Part shown: positions 51,850 to 60,598 of the stretch, piece by piece | Layout of the letters: each line of letters opens with the position of its first letter | How positions within the stretch are numbered: the stretch's first letter is position 1 | Origin: Gloeobacterales cyanobacterium | Lineage (GTDB): Bacteria > Cyanobacteriota > Cyanobacteriia > Gloeobacterales > PMM-0068 | Length of the DNA stretch: 64,000 nucleotides | Reading direction: 5' to 3' | Assembly (NCBI GenBank): GCA_038245785.1 | Contig: JBBRSB010000001.1 | Location: 352,001-416,000 of the forward strand | Made by a program: the position numbers and the translations under genes | Notes under the pieces: generated by a model | Databases searched by the model: none | Told to the model about the DNA's origin: nothing | The model's input: only the letters and a program-made list of their open reading frames with translations

Positions 51850-51943
51850 ATGTTGTATCAAATAGACCTAAAACCCAAGCTGAAGCAACCTCATTGACGT
51901 AGCGCTTCACCAAGGCACTGTTGTCTAGAAAATAGATCGCCAT
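51850..51943 (-). pseudogene. Truncated VapC/PIN toxin N-terminus
   Basis: MAIYFLDNSALVKRYVNEVASAWV, then similarity is lost. Confidence 0.7.
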
Positions 51944-51946
51944 CTA

Positions 51947-52207
51947 TCAGCGTTCCTCTACAATTGTCCTAGAAATAGGCTCTCCCTCTACCTGAATGAG
52001 CTGCTTCTCTAGTGGTCGCTTATAGGAGGGTTTCTTAATCTGTTTCACTAATCCAGCAGTGACCAATGCTTGATGAAATGCAACTCGCTTAGCTGTCTCT
52101 TCCTGATTTGCAAGGTGATCTTGAATAGCTTGATTAAGCTGTTGTAACTCTTCTGGTTCGAGAGACTGAAGTTGTTCAAGTATTTGTTTGAGAATTGCAT
52201 GGGGCAT
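51947..52207 (-). CDS. Probable antitoxin of the truncated PIN gene
   Basis: C-terminal IQVEGEPISRTIVEER; ends 3 nt before the PIN start. Confidence 0.65.
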   Translation of the reverse strand: MPHAILKQILEQLQSLEPEELQQLNQAIQDHLANQEETAKRVAFHQALVTAGLVKQIKKPSYKRPLEKQLIQVEGEPISRTIVEER

Positions 52208-52258
52208 CAGTACTCACCTGGGTTACTTCGTTACCTATTCTAAAAAGTTCAGCCTTCA

Positions 52259-52486
52259 TTACTCAAGCAGTCGCCTCACTTGAGCTAAAGCTTCATCTCC
52301 TGGAATTGCTTCCACAGAACCACTTCGGATTTCATCACGTCGTCTCTTTGCCTCAGTTGTCCAAACTGCCTGAATCGCAGGGTTAGTATCGAATTCTAAG
52401 CTTTCTACTAGCTTGTCTGCCAAAAGCGCTCTCGATGCACTGGGCAGAGATAAAAGCTCCTCTGTCAGTTTTTCAATTGACTGCAT
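52259..52486 (-). CDS. Putative addiction-module antitoxin (toxin partner not evident)
   Basis: LSLP...RA.LA..L.ESL...W..EA.RR..EI.SG.V..IP pattern. Confidence 0.8.
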   Translation of the reverse strand: MQSIEKLTEELLSLPSASRALLADKLVESLEFDTNPAIQAVWTTEAKRRRDEIRSGSVEAIPGDEALAQVRRLLE

Positions 52487-52525
52487 AGCTTCTCACCAAC
52501 TGCCGAATACTGCTCACAGTCTAAC

Positions 52526-52776
52526 AGAGACAACACTGCTTCCTTCCGTACGTAACTGTATAGAAGTTCTTCCGGTCCTGGGAGTAGTCGGCCAATCCCA
52601 TCAAGCCGACCCAATGCTAACCCCGCAGCTTCGAGTCGCCGCTGGAGTTCCGAATCTACTCGAATTGGTGGAATGGGAGGCAAGGGCGCAGGAATAAAAG
52701 CTGTGTAGGAAGTCTCACCCATACTTTGCTGCACCCACCGCCCTGCCCGCTCTGACCCCTTAGTAAAGGATGGCAT
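52526..52776 (-). pseudogene. Fic N-terminal fragment
   Basis: YTAFIPAPLPP..LALGRLDG..LP..YVRKEAVLS parallels the Fic at 46124, then breaks at GTTAGAC. Confidence 0.8.
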
Positions 52777-52866
52777 ACTTAAAAATTTTCTAGTAAAGCA
52801 AGCAATAGTTTACTTTACTAGTGCTCCTTTTGTCCGTTTCCCAAGTAGGCATCACTCTGCCGCTGG

Positions 52867-53190
52867 TCACGACCGTTCGCTTGTCGCTGGAACTTTGAGA
52901 TGAACCAAGGCTTTTTGCAATACACTTGGCTTCACACTCAACCAAACTTGATTGCGCTCGTCCTCGGTGTAACCCACTATCACAGCCCCAATTGGTGAAC
53001 CAATATCGGGATACATCTCTGGAGTCATGTCTCCAGTTTCCACAAAATCGGTAATCTGAACAATGCATCGAATCTCATCGTCGCCCAGGTCTACGAAAAT
53101 CCCAAATGGCGCATGATGCTCAACCTTGCCATGAATCAGTTCTCCCAGCCGATACTTTGATTTAACCTGATTCCAGAACTGATCGCTCAT
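52867..53190 (-). CDS. Single S1 RNA-binding-domain protein
   Basis: GELIHGKV..APFGIFVDLG..V.I.D..QVWLSVK; GAGG RBS. Confidence 0.8.
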   Translation of the reverse strand: MSDQFWNQVKSKYRLGELIHGKVEHHAPFGIFVDLGDDEIRCIVQITDFVETGDMTPEMYPDIGSPIGAVIVGYTEDERNQVWLSVKPSVLQKALVHLKVPATSERS

Positions 53191-53231
53191 TGCATTACCT
53201 CGGTTTTAGAACTCTGGGATATTGGTTCAAG

Positions 53232-53531
53232 TTACGAGCGGCGCGAATGACGTGCCACGTAATCGCGGAGCACGCCGTCCATGCGTGATTGCCAGCCTTC
53301 GCCCGTGGACTTGAAGTACGCTACGACTTCAGGGCTGTAGCGGATCGATACAAGCAGCTTCTTGTTTTCTGATTTTGGACGCCCGCGCAGTGTTAGCAGC
53401 GGAACCATCGACTTGAGCTGCTCCGGAGTAAGTGGCTGTGCATCAGGGTCAGACTTTGCTGCTGCAGTAATCCTTTTATCTTCTTCCTCAGTATGCATCA
53501 CGATAGCAGGCCGTTTAGATACTTTGGACAT
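53232..53531 (-). CDS. BrnA antitoxin
   Basis: RGRPK..K..VSIR.SPEVVAYFKSTGEGWQSRM. Confidence 0.88.
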   Translation of the reverse strand: MSKVSKRPAIVMHTEEEDKRITAAAKSDPDAQPLTPEQLKSMVPLLTLRGRPKSENKKLLVSIRYSPEVVAYFKSTGEGWQSRMDGVLRDYVARHSRRS

Positions 53532-53772
53532 AGTGCTTCACCTCGCGGCGCAGGCTGATGATTCTACACACCTCGCCACGGTTTACAAAAGCTACGTAGT
53601 AGAGGATCTCGGTCTTCGGAGCTAGAGCGATCATGCGCGTCTCTTTGTATTCGAAGTGTTCGTCGACCCATACCAGCGCAGCTTCCCAATCGAGCTCACC
53701 TGCCAATGCCAGAGAGACGCCGTGCTTTGCACTGTTCGTAGCGTCCTTAGTTGGACCGAACTCGATTTTCAT
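53515..53772 (-). CDS. BrnT toxin
   Basis: KDATNSAKHGVSL, E.R.IAL, RIISLR; C-terminus looks slightly shortened. Confidence 0.85.
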   Translation of the reverse strand: MKIEFGPTKDATNSAKHGVSLALAGELDWEAALVWVDEHFEYKETRMIALAPKTEILYYVAFVNRGEVCRIISLRREVKHYVQSI

Positions 53773-53807
53773 GCTTTATTGTAGCTACAATAAAGCATGC
53801 TTGTCAA
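53770..53807 (-). promoter_or_regulatory. brnTA promoter with a 30-bp perfect palindromic operator
   Basis: TTGACA-18-TACAAT, ATG 5 nt after the -10; CATGCTTTATTGTAGCTACAATAAAGCATG at 53770-53799. Confidence 0.75.
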
Positions 53808-53879
53808 AACTTGGGGCTTCTAGAATCGCCAAATTTTTCGCGTGTCATGGAATTACTGTGCTGCTGCCACGTTTGTAAA

Positions 53880-54057
53880 CTACTGAACTTCAGACGCAGA
53901 GAGCCGCCCCTCCATCGGTTCATACTCATTTTCCAGTAGCCAATGCTGGGCTTCATCATAAGTAGGGCTAGTGTAGATCACTGCATAATTCTTCGCAGGG
54001 TCGAAGATACGACAACGGCCCAACTCATCACCTAATAACAGCAAAAGTTAGGGCGGA
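53880..54057 (-). pseudogene. 3' fragment of a small hypothetical gene
   Basis: LLLLLGDELGRCRIFDPAKNYAVIYTSPTYDEAQHWLLENEYEPMEGRL..* with no start and an upstream in-frame stop. Confidence 0.45.
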
Positions 54058-54501
54058 CTACCACTGAGCCTTATAGAGCTGGACATTGCTGTTGGTCAGG
54101 ACCTCAAAAGTGCGGTCTCGCACATATTCTACTTGGGGACGATCAAGATGGATCGGCAAGGGAGAAAGCGTAAAAGCAACCACATCAGCACTTAAATTCA
54201 TCGCCCGGCCCTGAATATCGTTGACCGTATTAATAATAGGGGTGAACGCTGTAGGAGACGCAGGCTTTGCTGGAGCAGGTTTATTTCTTTGATTCACTTG
54301 GTCAGCTACTTGCTTAAAGCGTCTGTCAGAAGAAGTAATCATGCCTGCACGGAAAGTCTTGGCTTGCAAAGGCTTATCTTCAACCACACGCAGCATAACC
54401 TGCGCATTTGGTCTCTGAGTATTTGGATTTGCCTGTACGGGCAGCAACAAGGGTGCGCTCAGCAGACATAGGACTAAGCTACAGATGAGGTTGTTTCGCA
54501 T
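54058..54501 (-). CDS. Secreted hypothetical protein
   Basis: Signal peptide ending in VQA. Confidence 0.6.
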   Translation of the reverse strand: MRNNLICSLVLCLLSAPLLLPVQANPNTQRPNAQVMLRVVEDKPLQAKTFRAGMITSSDRRFKQVADQVNQRNKPAPAKPASPTAFTPIINTVNDIQGRAMNLSADVVAFTLSPLPIHLDRPQVEYVRDRTFEVLTNSNVQLYKAQW

Positions 54502-54586
54502 TGCTTTACATCTCATATCCGAACTATCCTTATGCAACATACCTTACACGCTCTAGATAGATTGAAGCAATAGGGACCAATTCAGT

Positions 54587-55609
54587 TCAATAATCTTCGT
54601 CTTGAATAGTTATCCAATCGTCATCAACGCGTAGCCCCATTCCCTGAACAAGAGGACGCGTACGTTTCTGATTCGGAGCATGAAGGAGTTGACGAACCAT
54701 TTCGATATCGTCAAAACAAGGATGCCCTCCCCGACCAGCATATAAACATTCCCCTAAAAATTTGAGAATCACTCGACGCTGCAGGGCGACGGGCTCTTCT
54801 CGTAGTTTCAAGCGATGCAAACGAGCGGGCGAACTATAAACCTGTTCATAAATCTTTTCCGTTTGGGCTTCTAGATAACGACGTTCTTCAGACAGAATTT
54901 CCACCGTCCGACTCAGACTTTGTTCCACCCGTGGATTGAAATGTTGGGCAAGATAGGGCAAAAGTTCCAAACGAATGCGGTTGCGTTGATACTTTAGGTC
55001 CTCGTTGGTTTGGTCCAGACAAACGGGCAATTGATGGAGTTGGCAAAATTCCTGGGTTTCTTGGCGGGTAGTACTGAGCAACGGACGAACCAAATGGACT
55101 TTATGACCTAACGTCCTTGACCAGGGCAAGCTGCCCATCCCATCCATGGCACTGCCACGGGTTAGATTAAAGAGTAAGGTTTCTGCACGGTCGCTGGCCG
55201 TATGGGCGGTGAGGACGATGGGAATAGCCAAGGATTGGGCTACCGCTTGGAACTGCTCATAGCGCCACCTGCGTGCCTCGGCTTCAGACGGAGGAGCGAC
55301 AACGGCTCGGATAACGGTACAGGGGACATTAAGCGTTTCACAAAACTGACGAACTATTTCACTATCCGCTGCCGAAGCCTCTCGCCAGGCATGGTCCAGA
55401 TGAAGGACCTGCAACTGCCACTGTTTCTCCGGGCAAAGGTCCACTAAGAGCTTCAAAAGACAGAGCGAATCTTGGCCTCCAGACACGCCAATCAGTAGAG
55501 AATCTCCCCGCCCCCACAATTTCCGGGAGTGGACTTCCGTTAAGAGTCTTCGGTGGAGAGGATGAAGAGACAAAATAGGGCTAGTGCTGTCTATAGAAGG
55601 GTTTGCCAT
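54587..55609 (-). CDS. tilS: tRNA(Ile)-lysidine synthetase
   Basis: SGGQDS, E..AR.WRY, TAHTASDRAET, RPLL, RNRIR. Confidence 0.93.
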   Translation of the reverse strand: MANPSIDSTSPILSLHPLHRRLLTEVHSRKLWGRGDSLLIGVSGGQDSLCLLKLLVDLCPEKQWQLQVLHLDHAWREASAADSEIVRQFCETLNVPCTVIRAVVAPPSEAEARRWRYEQFQAVAQSLAIPIVLTAHTASDRAETLLFNLTRGSAMDGMGSLPWSRTLGHKVHLVRPLLSTTRQETQEFCQLHQLPVCLDQTNEDLKYQRNRIRLELLPYLAQHFNPRVEQSLSRTVEILSEERRYLEAQTEKIYEQVYSSPARLHRLKLREEPVALQRRVILKFLGECLYAGRGGHPCFDDIEMVRQLLHAPNQKRTRPLVQGMGLRVDDDWITIQDEDY

Positions 55610-55900
55610 CTTATCTTGTTGTACTTAACCCCGAAATAATCTTGTCCTGATAGATTTTGCATGACCCAAGGTATTTACAAAACCACCTGCTTCAGCTCAC
55701 GTATGTGCAGGGCCGTATACACAGAGATGCTACACGTCTTGTCGTAGCACGATTTTGATTGTTCTTTCAGAGGCATTTCCAGTATGAGCATGAACCAGAT
55801 TACAGTGGCAGTTGGTCTTACCTTGAGTCTGCTGAAAACCTTTCTAGTCTAGAACCATTCCCTGGAAACCTTGGATGTAGATAAATCCTTCTGTTCCTCA

Positions 55901-56337
55901 ACCCCTCAGTCCCTGCGGGACAGCTCCCCTGGGAGGGGAGCCTTTTCTGGGAGGAAAAGGAGCGCTCAGATTTGGGTACAGACACTGCCAAAGCGATAGT
56001 TCATTTGCTCACTGGGTCAACGGAATACGCGCAGGCCTAGACTTTCTAAAATCGCTGTGTGGGGAGCATCATAAGTTAATTTAAGCTTCCTGCGGAAAGT
56101 GGCTTTTGCCATCTACTTCCATAATCAAGCAGTGCGCGTGAATATACAAATCTGTGATTAGGACACTGGCGATACACGCGTAAGGGGCACGGGATTAAGG
56201 CTAGCGCGTATCCTGCGGGCTCTAGGGATGCGCTTATTTGTGTAGTTGTAGTGTTATATTCTCAAAAAGCCCAGGCTCCCCTCCCTAGGCGAAGCCTTCC
56301 CGAAGGGTGGGGAGCTGTCCTGCAGGGACTGAGGGGT
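55901..56337 (-). mobile_element. Palindromic-ended element with a decayed DUF559/Vsr-like endonuclease
   Basis: Inverted ends at 55901-55942 and 56274-56337; minus-strand relic peptides NKRIPRARRIR, LRVYRQCP, ITDLY..LIMEVDGKSHF, YD...AILESLGLRVFR, FGSVCTQI. Confidence 0.72.
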
Positions 56338-56367
56338 AAGGAATTACTGCAAGAGCTCTAGTCAGCC

Positions 56368-57270
56368 TTAAAGGCTTTTCCTGTAAGTGCTGGGCGTTAC
56401 TCCGATGGTGCGACGGAAGAGGTCGGAGAAGTGGCTTTGACTTTGGAAACCAACCTGTTGCGTAATTTCTAGGATGGACAAATTTCCCTTTGCTAAAAGC
56501 CGTTTTGCTTTATCAATCCGGCATTTGATTACATACTGGCCGGGAGAAATCCCCACCGATTGTTTGAACATGCGGGCAAAGTGATAGGGACTCATCTTTA
56601 TTAGGTCAGCCAATGCTATCAAGCTTAGATCTTGGTCTAAATAATTGTGGATATAGTCTATCACCTGTTGTTGCTTGTACTTCGGCAAACCACCTCTATA
56701 GTCTTGGATGTTCTGTCGCCAAACAGCATGATTACGCAGTAGATGAACCGCCATCATTGTTGTTAGTGAATCGAAATAGAAGCGACTGCTGTTCTCTCCA
56801 TTTTGAAGTTCATTTTTAAGCGCTAGACCCATGCCATGGATAAGCGTGTCGGTAGTTTTGAATCGTCGCATAATCTCTAGAGGGCGGCCATCTAGAGATT
56901 CAAAGACAGATCTTAAAAGAAAATTGGGCTCAAGACGCACAATTAAAAATTCCTTTTCTCTAGACCAGCGGCACTTGCTAGTTAGTTGGGCAGGAGCAAT
57001 GGCAACATCACCAGCATGACAATGTTCACGGTGCCACTTTCCATCCTCGAAAGCATCTATAGTGTTAGCTGGAGTTAGGTGAATGACAACAGTATTCTGT
57101 TCATAACACATCTCAGGAGTCTCATGAACAGGCTGACGATGATACTCGACAAAAACGCCATCCGAAGCAGTTTTATAACTTGATAAGATGGGCAAACGCG
57201 GGAAAATTGCTAGAATTCTATCTTTTTCCTCGATATCTAAAGATATCAAGCTTTCCTCTTTCATTTCCAT
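56368..57270 (-). CDS. AraC-family transcriptional regulator
   Basis: DYIHNYL..LSL..LA..MSPYHFARMFK, VGFQSQSHF..FRR..GVTP. Confidence 0.92.
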   Translation of the reverse strand: MEMKEESLISLDIEEKDRILAIFPRLPILSSYKTASDGVFVEYHRQPVHETPEMCYEQNTVVIHLTPANTIDAFEDGKWHREHCHAGDVAIAPAQLTSKCRWSREKEFLIVRLEPNFLLRSVFESLDGRPLEIMRRFKTTDTLIHGMGLALKNELQNGENSSRFYFDSLTTMMAVHLLRNHAVWRQNIQDYRGGLPKYKQQQVIDYIHNYLDQDLSLIALADLIKMSPYHFARMFKQSVGISPGQYVIKCRIDKAKRLLAKGNLSILEITQQVGFQSQSHFSDLFRRTIGVTPSTYRKSL

Positions 57271-57652
57271 GCTCTACTAGCCTACTAAATAATTAGTCTT
57301 ATTTCCCACTACTCAGTTCCAGTCTGTCATAAGATTAGCTCTTCGTTGCGTCTGATACATGCCGAAGATGTGTACCAGATGTGTAACTGGTTGAAAAGCA
57401 AGATTCCGCTAAGCTGAGTTGATAACGGAGCTGAAATCTTCTCAGACAGGTGTAGGCGGGAGGCAGAGAAATAGCGGGCTACACCAGTTGGATTTATAGA
57501 TCAAATATGAGAAAACGCACGACAAAATCGGTAGAAAATGCTGGCTCTTCCCTGAGCTGCATTACTTAGACCACTAGCTTTTTATCCAAAATCGTAGAAG
57601 CGCTCATCAGCATTGCGGTGAAGCGTGTCAATTTATTAAGAACGATGAATTA

Positions 57653-57727
57653 TGGTGGCAATGGCTGGATTTGAACCAGCGACAAAGCGGGTATGAACCG
57701 CTTGCTCTACCACTGAGCTACATTGCC
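57653..57727 (-). tRNA. tRNA-Met (CAT), probably elongator
   Basis: GGCAATG/CATTGCC acceptor stem, anticodon arm AGCGG-TTCATAC-CCGCT, GGTTCAAATCC, encoded CCA. Confidence 0.93.
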
Positions 57728-57839
57728 GAGATCGCAAGCTTTTTAGTTTATCAGAATCATTGACTTTATGAGAAGAGAATTTTATATGCGCAAGCTAAGA
57801 GGGTTTAGCCCGCCCACACCGTGTTTCCGACTGTTCCGG

Positions 57840-58532
57840 CTACTCAGATCCCAGAGTCAATTCCAAGTACTTCTTGCGCACTTCCTGGATATCCTGCCAC
57901 ATCAGCCATTTGGGAGCCCCTGTTTCACGGGACTGGTTGCGCAAGAGATAGGCCGGATGAAACACAGGCATCACCCAACGTCCTTCCCATTCCTGCCACG
58001 TTCCCCGGACTTTGGTAATGCCCCGCTTCTCTTTCAGAATTACCTGCATCGCATATTTTCCCGTCAGCAGAATCACTTTCGGGTCTACTAAGCGAATTTG
58101 CTCAAAAAGATAGCCACTACATGCTTCTGCCTCTTTGGGGGAAGGATCGCGATTTTCTGGAGGACGGCACTTGAGCACATTACAGACATAGACATCTTCT
58201 TTTGGATCAAACTGGACCGATTCCAGGATTTTGTCTAAGAGCTGGCCCGATTTACCAACATAGGGAATCCCTGTCTGATCCTCATTCAAGCCCGGAGCTT
58301 CGCCGATAATCAATAATTTGGCGTTTGGATTGCCGCGCGAGACTACCGCATGGGTCCGCGACTTGCCCAGCTCACAGCGTTGGCACTGGTTGCAATGCTG
58401 AGCGAGGATTATTAAATCTGGGTAGATCCCGGGTGGGATAGGGACTTTGGCATCTAGGGGAATCTTTTCCAAATCAACTGTAGGCGTAGACTCTACGGGC
58501 AAAATAGAGCCAAAGAGATCAAATTGTTCCAT
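57840..58532 (-). CDS. Uracil-DNA glycosylase family 4
   Basis: CxxC, IGEAPG, NVLKCRPPENRDP, FHPAYLLR. Confidence 0.92.
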   Translation of the reverse strand: MEQFDLFGSILPVESTPTVDLEKIPLDAKVPIPPGIYPDLIILAQHCNQCQRCELGKSRTHAVVSRGNPNAKLLIIGEAPGLNEDQTGIPYVGKSGQLLDKILESVQFDPKEDVYVCNVLKCRPPENRDPSPKEAEACSGYLFEQIRLVDPKVILLTGKYAMQVILKEKRGITKVRGTWQEWEGRWVMPVFHPAYLLRNQSRETGAPKWLMWQDIQEVRKKYLELTLGSE

Positions 58533-58635
58533 GAGGATCACAAAACCAGCGTCTTTAATCTTTGTAGCATTCACCGCGACGTACGCACAGGTTATAACTG
58601 CTTCGCTAGTGACGTATTCCCTTCAAATAAAGGCC

Positions 58636-59520
58636 ATGCTCAAGAAAAATGCCCCCCCTGCGACCACGCACAATCGCCTAAAACCCTGGTTAGATTTCTA
58701 TCGCCCCTTCGATCCGCAGGGGGGGCGGTCGGGTGCGCAAGCTAGCCCAGAATCAGCTGCTCCTGAAGTTTCTCCCCTAAGCCTTAAAGGGCCACGGATT
58801 AGCGCTGGAGCAGAGGGTAACCAAAATCTCCCCCATTTCCGTATTCCCGATGAACTGCTTTCCGTGCTGCCTCCGAAGCCTCAAGAAATCGATATTGTGC
58901 CGATTATCCCGGAGTACTTTTTAAATACTTGGTTTGCTCGTTACGATGCCAGCAATTCTTTGCAGTGCCGAGGCAATGGCGATGGAGAAACTCCTGGCTT
59001 AGAGCGCAATCGCCAAACAGGATCTTGGATAGCAACGGCTCATCCCTGTGGTCACGGTTGTCCTAGCTATGAACTGTACCTGGCCCAGCGGGGACAAAAT
59101 GCCCAGCAGCGTCAAAAAATCAAAGAACAATTCCAGCAAGAACATCAAAAACCAATAGCGATGTGCACGGGTCTAGAAGTCCGTTTACTATTCTTGGTCG
59201 TTGGTCAAGATGGCAAACTCTACGGACCTTGCGATTTACGCTCCCACAGTATCTATTTCCTCAATGATGCCGCCGCGCAGGTCAAGGTGCTTCTCCAGAT
59301 GGAAGCAGCAGGACGGATTGACTTGTGGCGTTCAGTTTTGACTCTGCACAAACAAAAGCAACGCGTGGGCCTAGCACAGGGTCCGAGTCGAGAGAACTAT
59401 ACGGTGGGCCTGAAAGTAAAACATCTTTCGGTTCCGGGTCTTTCGGTTCCTGCTCCTGCCACAGAGGAGACTCCAATAGAGCGATTTATTCTGCCGGAAT
59501 TGGAGGCGAAATTAGTATAA
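58636..59520 (+). CDS. Phage-type Gp3-like / recombination directionality factor-like protein (tentative)
   Basis: Pattern HFRIP..KP.EI.I..Y..L.CRG.G...C...CP...C...L.FL...G...L.S.S resembles that family; intact ORF. Confidence 0.5.
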   Translation: MLKKNAPPATTHNRLKPWLDFYRPFDPQGGRSGAQASPESAAPEVSPLSLKGPRISAGAEGNQNLPHFRIPDELLSVLPPKPQEIDIVPIIPEYFLNTWFARYDASNSLQCRGNGDGETPGLERNRQTGSWIATAHPCGHGCPSYELYLAQRGQNAQQRQKIKEQFQQEHQKPIAMCTGLEVRLLFLVVGQDGKLYGPCDLRSHSIYFLNDAAAQVKVLLQMEAAGRIDLWRSVLTLHKQKQRVGLAQGPSRENYTVGLKVKHLSVPGLSVPAPATEETPIERFILPELEAKLV

Positions 59521-59615
59521 CGATTGAAGTTAACCCTAATAGTTTTGGAGTCTGCGTGGCAGAGGAAGAATCTTTCAGAAAGACGAATATAAAATGCTTA
59601 TGTATGTAGAGCACA

Positions 59616-59954
59616 ATGATGACTCCCACAGACCGTTTAGATAGTATTGATGCTCGATTAGAGCGTCTTGTTTTAGTCAGTGAGCAACAGGCCGCCAGCA
59701 TAGAGCGAATAGCAGAAGCTTCTGAAGCCCAACGCCAATCTATTCAGACTATGGTGGGGGCTGTATCAGAATTGGCCTGGTCACATACACAACTATCCCA
59801 AACGAGCAGCCAATTGGTAGCCTTGGCGGAAAGGTCAGCTCAAGAGGGATCGGCTAATCTGGCCCAAAGTAATCAGATGGCTATGAGAGATGTAGAAAAT
59901 CTATTACACGAACTGATAGAAGAACTGCGTCTGGGGAGAGGAGGCCAACCCTAA
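59616..59954 (+). CDS. Coiled-coil hypothetical protein
   Basis: DRLDSIDARLERL heptad pattern. Confidence 0.6.
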   Translation: MMTPTDRLDSIDARLERLVLVSEQQAASIERIAEASEAQRQSIQTMVGAVSELAWSHTQLSQTSSQLVALAERSAQEGSANLAQSNQMAMRDVENLLHELIEELRLGRGGQP

Positions 59955-59959
59955 TCGCA

Positions 59960-60598
59960 TTATCTCTGTAACATCGCCCAAACAAAGCCTGCTCCACGTC
60001 CTTGGACTCTAGCCATCTTGATCCACAGCAAGGTCATGTGTTCCAGATGCAGACTCATGGAGAGATTACCCGTATCAACAGGTTCCCATCCAAGCTGTTG
60101 ACAAAAATCGGCAATAACCGATTTTGCAGCGGCATCATTGCCCGCAATCAACATGGCAGGTTTCAAGTCGCCATATCCCGGATAGTGGCTATCTTCAAAG
60201 TTTTCGTAGCCGTAAATAGTAAACGCTTTAACCACATAGGCATCGGGCTCCAGTTGCTGTAAGGTTTCGCTGCCGGATCGTTGACTTTGCAAGCCGTGTG
60301 CCAGGTCTGCACTCACAGGATTGGTGCAGTCCACTAAAACTTTCCCTTTGAGGGCAGATTTAAGTGGAGTTAGGACAGATTCGATCGCAGCAAAGGGCGT
60401 TGCCAGAAACACCACATCCGCTGATTCAACCGCCTCCAGAGGTGACTGAACAAGAAGAGCAGGATTGCGGTTCAGGGCCTGTTGAACGGTCTGCGACTGT
60501 GGATCACGAGCGGCAATGACCACCGAGTGACCAAGTTTTTGCAAGTGATCGGCTAACGGTGCACCGACATTGCCAACACCAATAAAGGTAAGGTTCAT
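59960..60598 (-). CDS. NADPH-dependent F420 reductase-like oxidoreductase
   Basis: IGVGNVG, LATP, VDCTNP, VVKAF, LGWEPVDTG. Confidence 0.88.
   Translation of the reverse strand: MNLTFIGVGNVGAPLADHLQKLGHSVVIAARDPQSQTVQQALNRNPALLVQSPLEAVESADVVFLATPFAAIESVLTPLKSALKGKVLVDCTNPVSADLAHGLQSQRSGSETLQQLEPDAYVVKAFTIYGYENFEDSHYPGYGDLKPAMLIAGNDAAAKSVIADFCQQLGWEPVDTGNLSMSLHLEHMTLLWIKMARVQGRGAGFVWAMLQR

Noticed and set aside
52180..52260. ParE/RelE toxin after the addiction-module gene
   Set aside because: A TAATG overlap exists, but the following short frame has no recognisable toxin motif.
33595..56337. Five palindromic repeats as a CRISPR array
   Set aside because: They are dispersed and inverted rather than tandem with spacers, and there are no cas genes.
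54587..57727. tRNA(CAT) near tilS as the TilS substrate tRNA-Ile2
   Set aside because: The anticodon arm CGG-TTCATAC-CCG and the GGC start resemble elongator tRNA-Met, and the genes are separated by AraC and a repeat element. Identity would need a tRNA classifier.
56368..57727. Genomic island integrated at the tRNA-Met 3' end
   Set aside because: I found no duplicated tRNA 3' fragment and no integrase.
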